Shown here: in pieces, positions 62,931 through 64,000 of the stretch
Layout: the number at the start of each line of letters is the position of its first letter
How positions within the stretch are numbered: position 1 is the first letter of the stretch
Position numbers and translations under genes: made by a program
Assembly: GCA_903813345.2 (NCBI GenBank)
Contig: CAIIXF020000001.1
Span: 31,682,001 to 31,746,000 of the forward strand
From: Owenia fusiformis
Lineage: Eukaryota
Direction of reading: 5' to 3'
Length of the DNA stretch: 64,000 nucleotides
Notes under the pieces: model-generated
Databases searched by the model: none
Seen by the model: only the letters and a program-made list of their open reading frames with translations
What the model was told of the DNA's origin: nothing

Positions 62931-64000
62931 CCATTTAAATGCTAGTATTAAGAAAGGATATATTGTCACAGTCCTTACTTCATGTGAAGTCAATTTCAGT
63001 ATAGAACCACTTTGCCTTATAATGATTCTCATGACTGTTTGAAGCTTAAATTATGCAAATTAGTTGAAATATAGTATTGTCCCCATGTAATATTCGTTTC
63101 ATTATTGATGTGATTTCTCAATTTTCAGCGAAGAAATATAAGCTCTTTCTTAAATTATTTCAAAGTTATGAGTTAAAGTCTATTATTTTCTTTAACCCCC
63201 CCCCCCCGAGCCCTCAAAATTATTAAGGTAGGGTGTAAGATTCTTTTCACACTCATTATATAAAATAACCTCTTTATATTGTGCATATCTGTTGTACATT
63301 TTTTCTCAAAGTTATAACTTCATAAGAAGTCAATTAAAGTAAATGCCATATTTTATCACTTCGTCATTTAACGGTTTTTATTACTTTATAAGGGTTAAAT
63401 TATGCAAATTAGCTTATTTGCATATCAAAAAATATTTTTTCTGAATTACTGATGTTATAACATAAATTTTGGTGAAAAATTAAGTTTGTACCTCATATAC
63501 TTCCAAAGTTATGAATTAAAGTCCATTTTCATTTTGACCCCCCCTCAAATATCTGGGTAGAGGGAGAATTTTTTTCACAGTCGTTATGTAAGATACACTT
63601 TTAATATTTTGCACATCTGTTATACATATATAAATGCAACTATATGAATTATTTCATAAGTTATAAATTCATGAGAGGTCGATTAAAATAAATGTCGTAT
63701 TTTATCGTTTTGTCATTTAACGGTTTTTATGACTGTATAAGGGTTAAATTATGCAAATTAGCTTATTTGCATATCAAAAATGTTTTTTCTTATTTACTGA
63801 TGTTATTACATAAATTTTGGTGAACAAATAGGTTTATACCTCATATACTTCCAAAGTTATAAATTAAAGTCCATTTTCAGTTGACCCCCCTGAAATATCT
63901 GGGTAGGGGGAGAAATTTTTTCACAATCTATATATAAGATGCACTTTTAATATTTTTCACATCTATTATACATATATAGATGCATTTTTAGGAATTATTT

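Larger units (their letters stand above)
60065..64000. mobile_element. Second foldback element (Academ-like) with ~345-bp tandem repeats in inverted arms; runs off the window end
   Basis: TTT(A/G)ATTCATAA recurs at 60111, 60460, 60808 and 61129; the reverse-complement array runs from ~63045 to the window end. Internal Cys-rich coding relic. Confidence 0.8.

Overview
AT-rich, intron-rich animal genomic DNA, probably a lophotrochozoan invertebrate such as a mollusc (inference from gene structure and repeat types). I reconstructed three spliced genes by hand, all with GT-AG junctions and consistent phases. (1) Complete RPS21 on the minus strand (83 aa, TCT/5'TOP start). (2) Complete NME6-type nucleoside diphosphate kinase on the plus strand (202 aa), head-to-head with RPS21 across a ~140-bp bidirectional promoter. 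(3) A 5'-truncated semaphorin-5 gene on the minus strand (Sema, PSI, 7 TSP1, TM, cytoplasmic tail; 18 coding exons visible), tail-to-tail with NME6. Much of the rest, especially 1-35 kb and 60-64 kb, is nested non-autonomous DNA transposons and LINE relics, several with readable target-site duplications (TSDs). Main observations: (a) a 68-codon in-frame read-through into a Sema5 intron that would give a secreted isoform ending in a Cys-rich, polybasic tail; (b) two foldback elements with very long terminal inverted repeats (TIRs) built from tandem repeats and carrying Academ-like coding relics; (c) a 4.1-kb CAC...GTG element with a 5-bp TSD, ~520-bp TIRs and convergent gene-like relics. TE family assignments come from remembered motif patterns, not database searches. 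Most ORFs in the supplied track are spurious.
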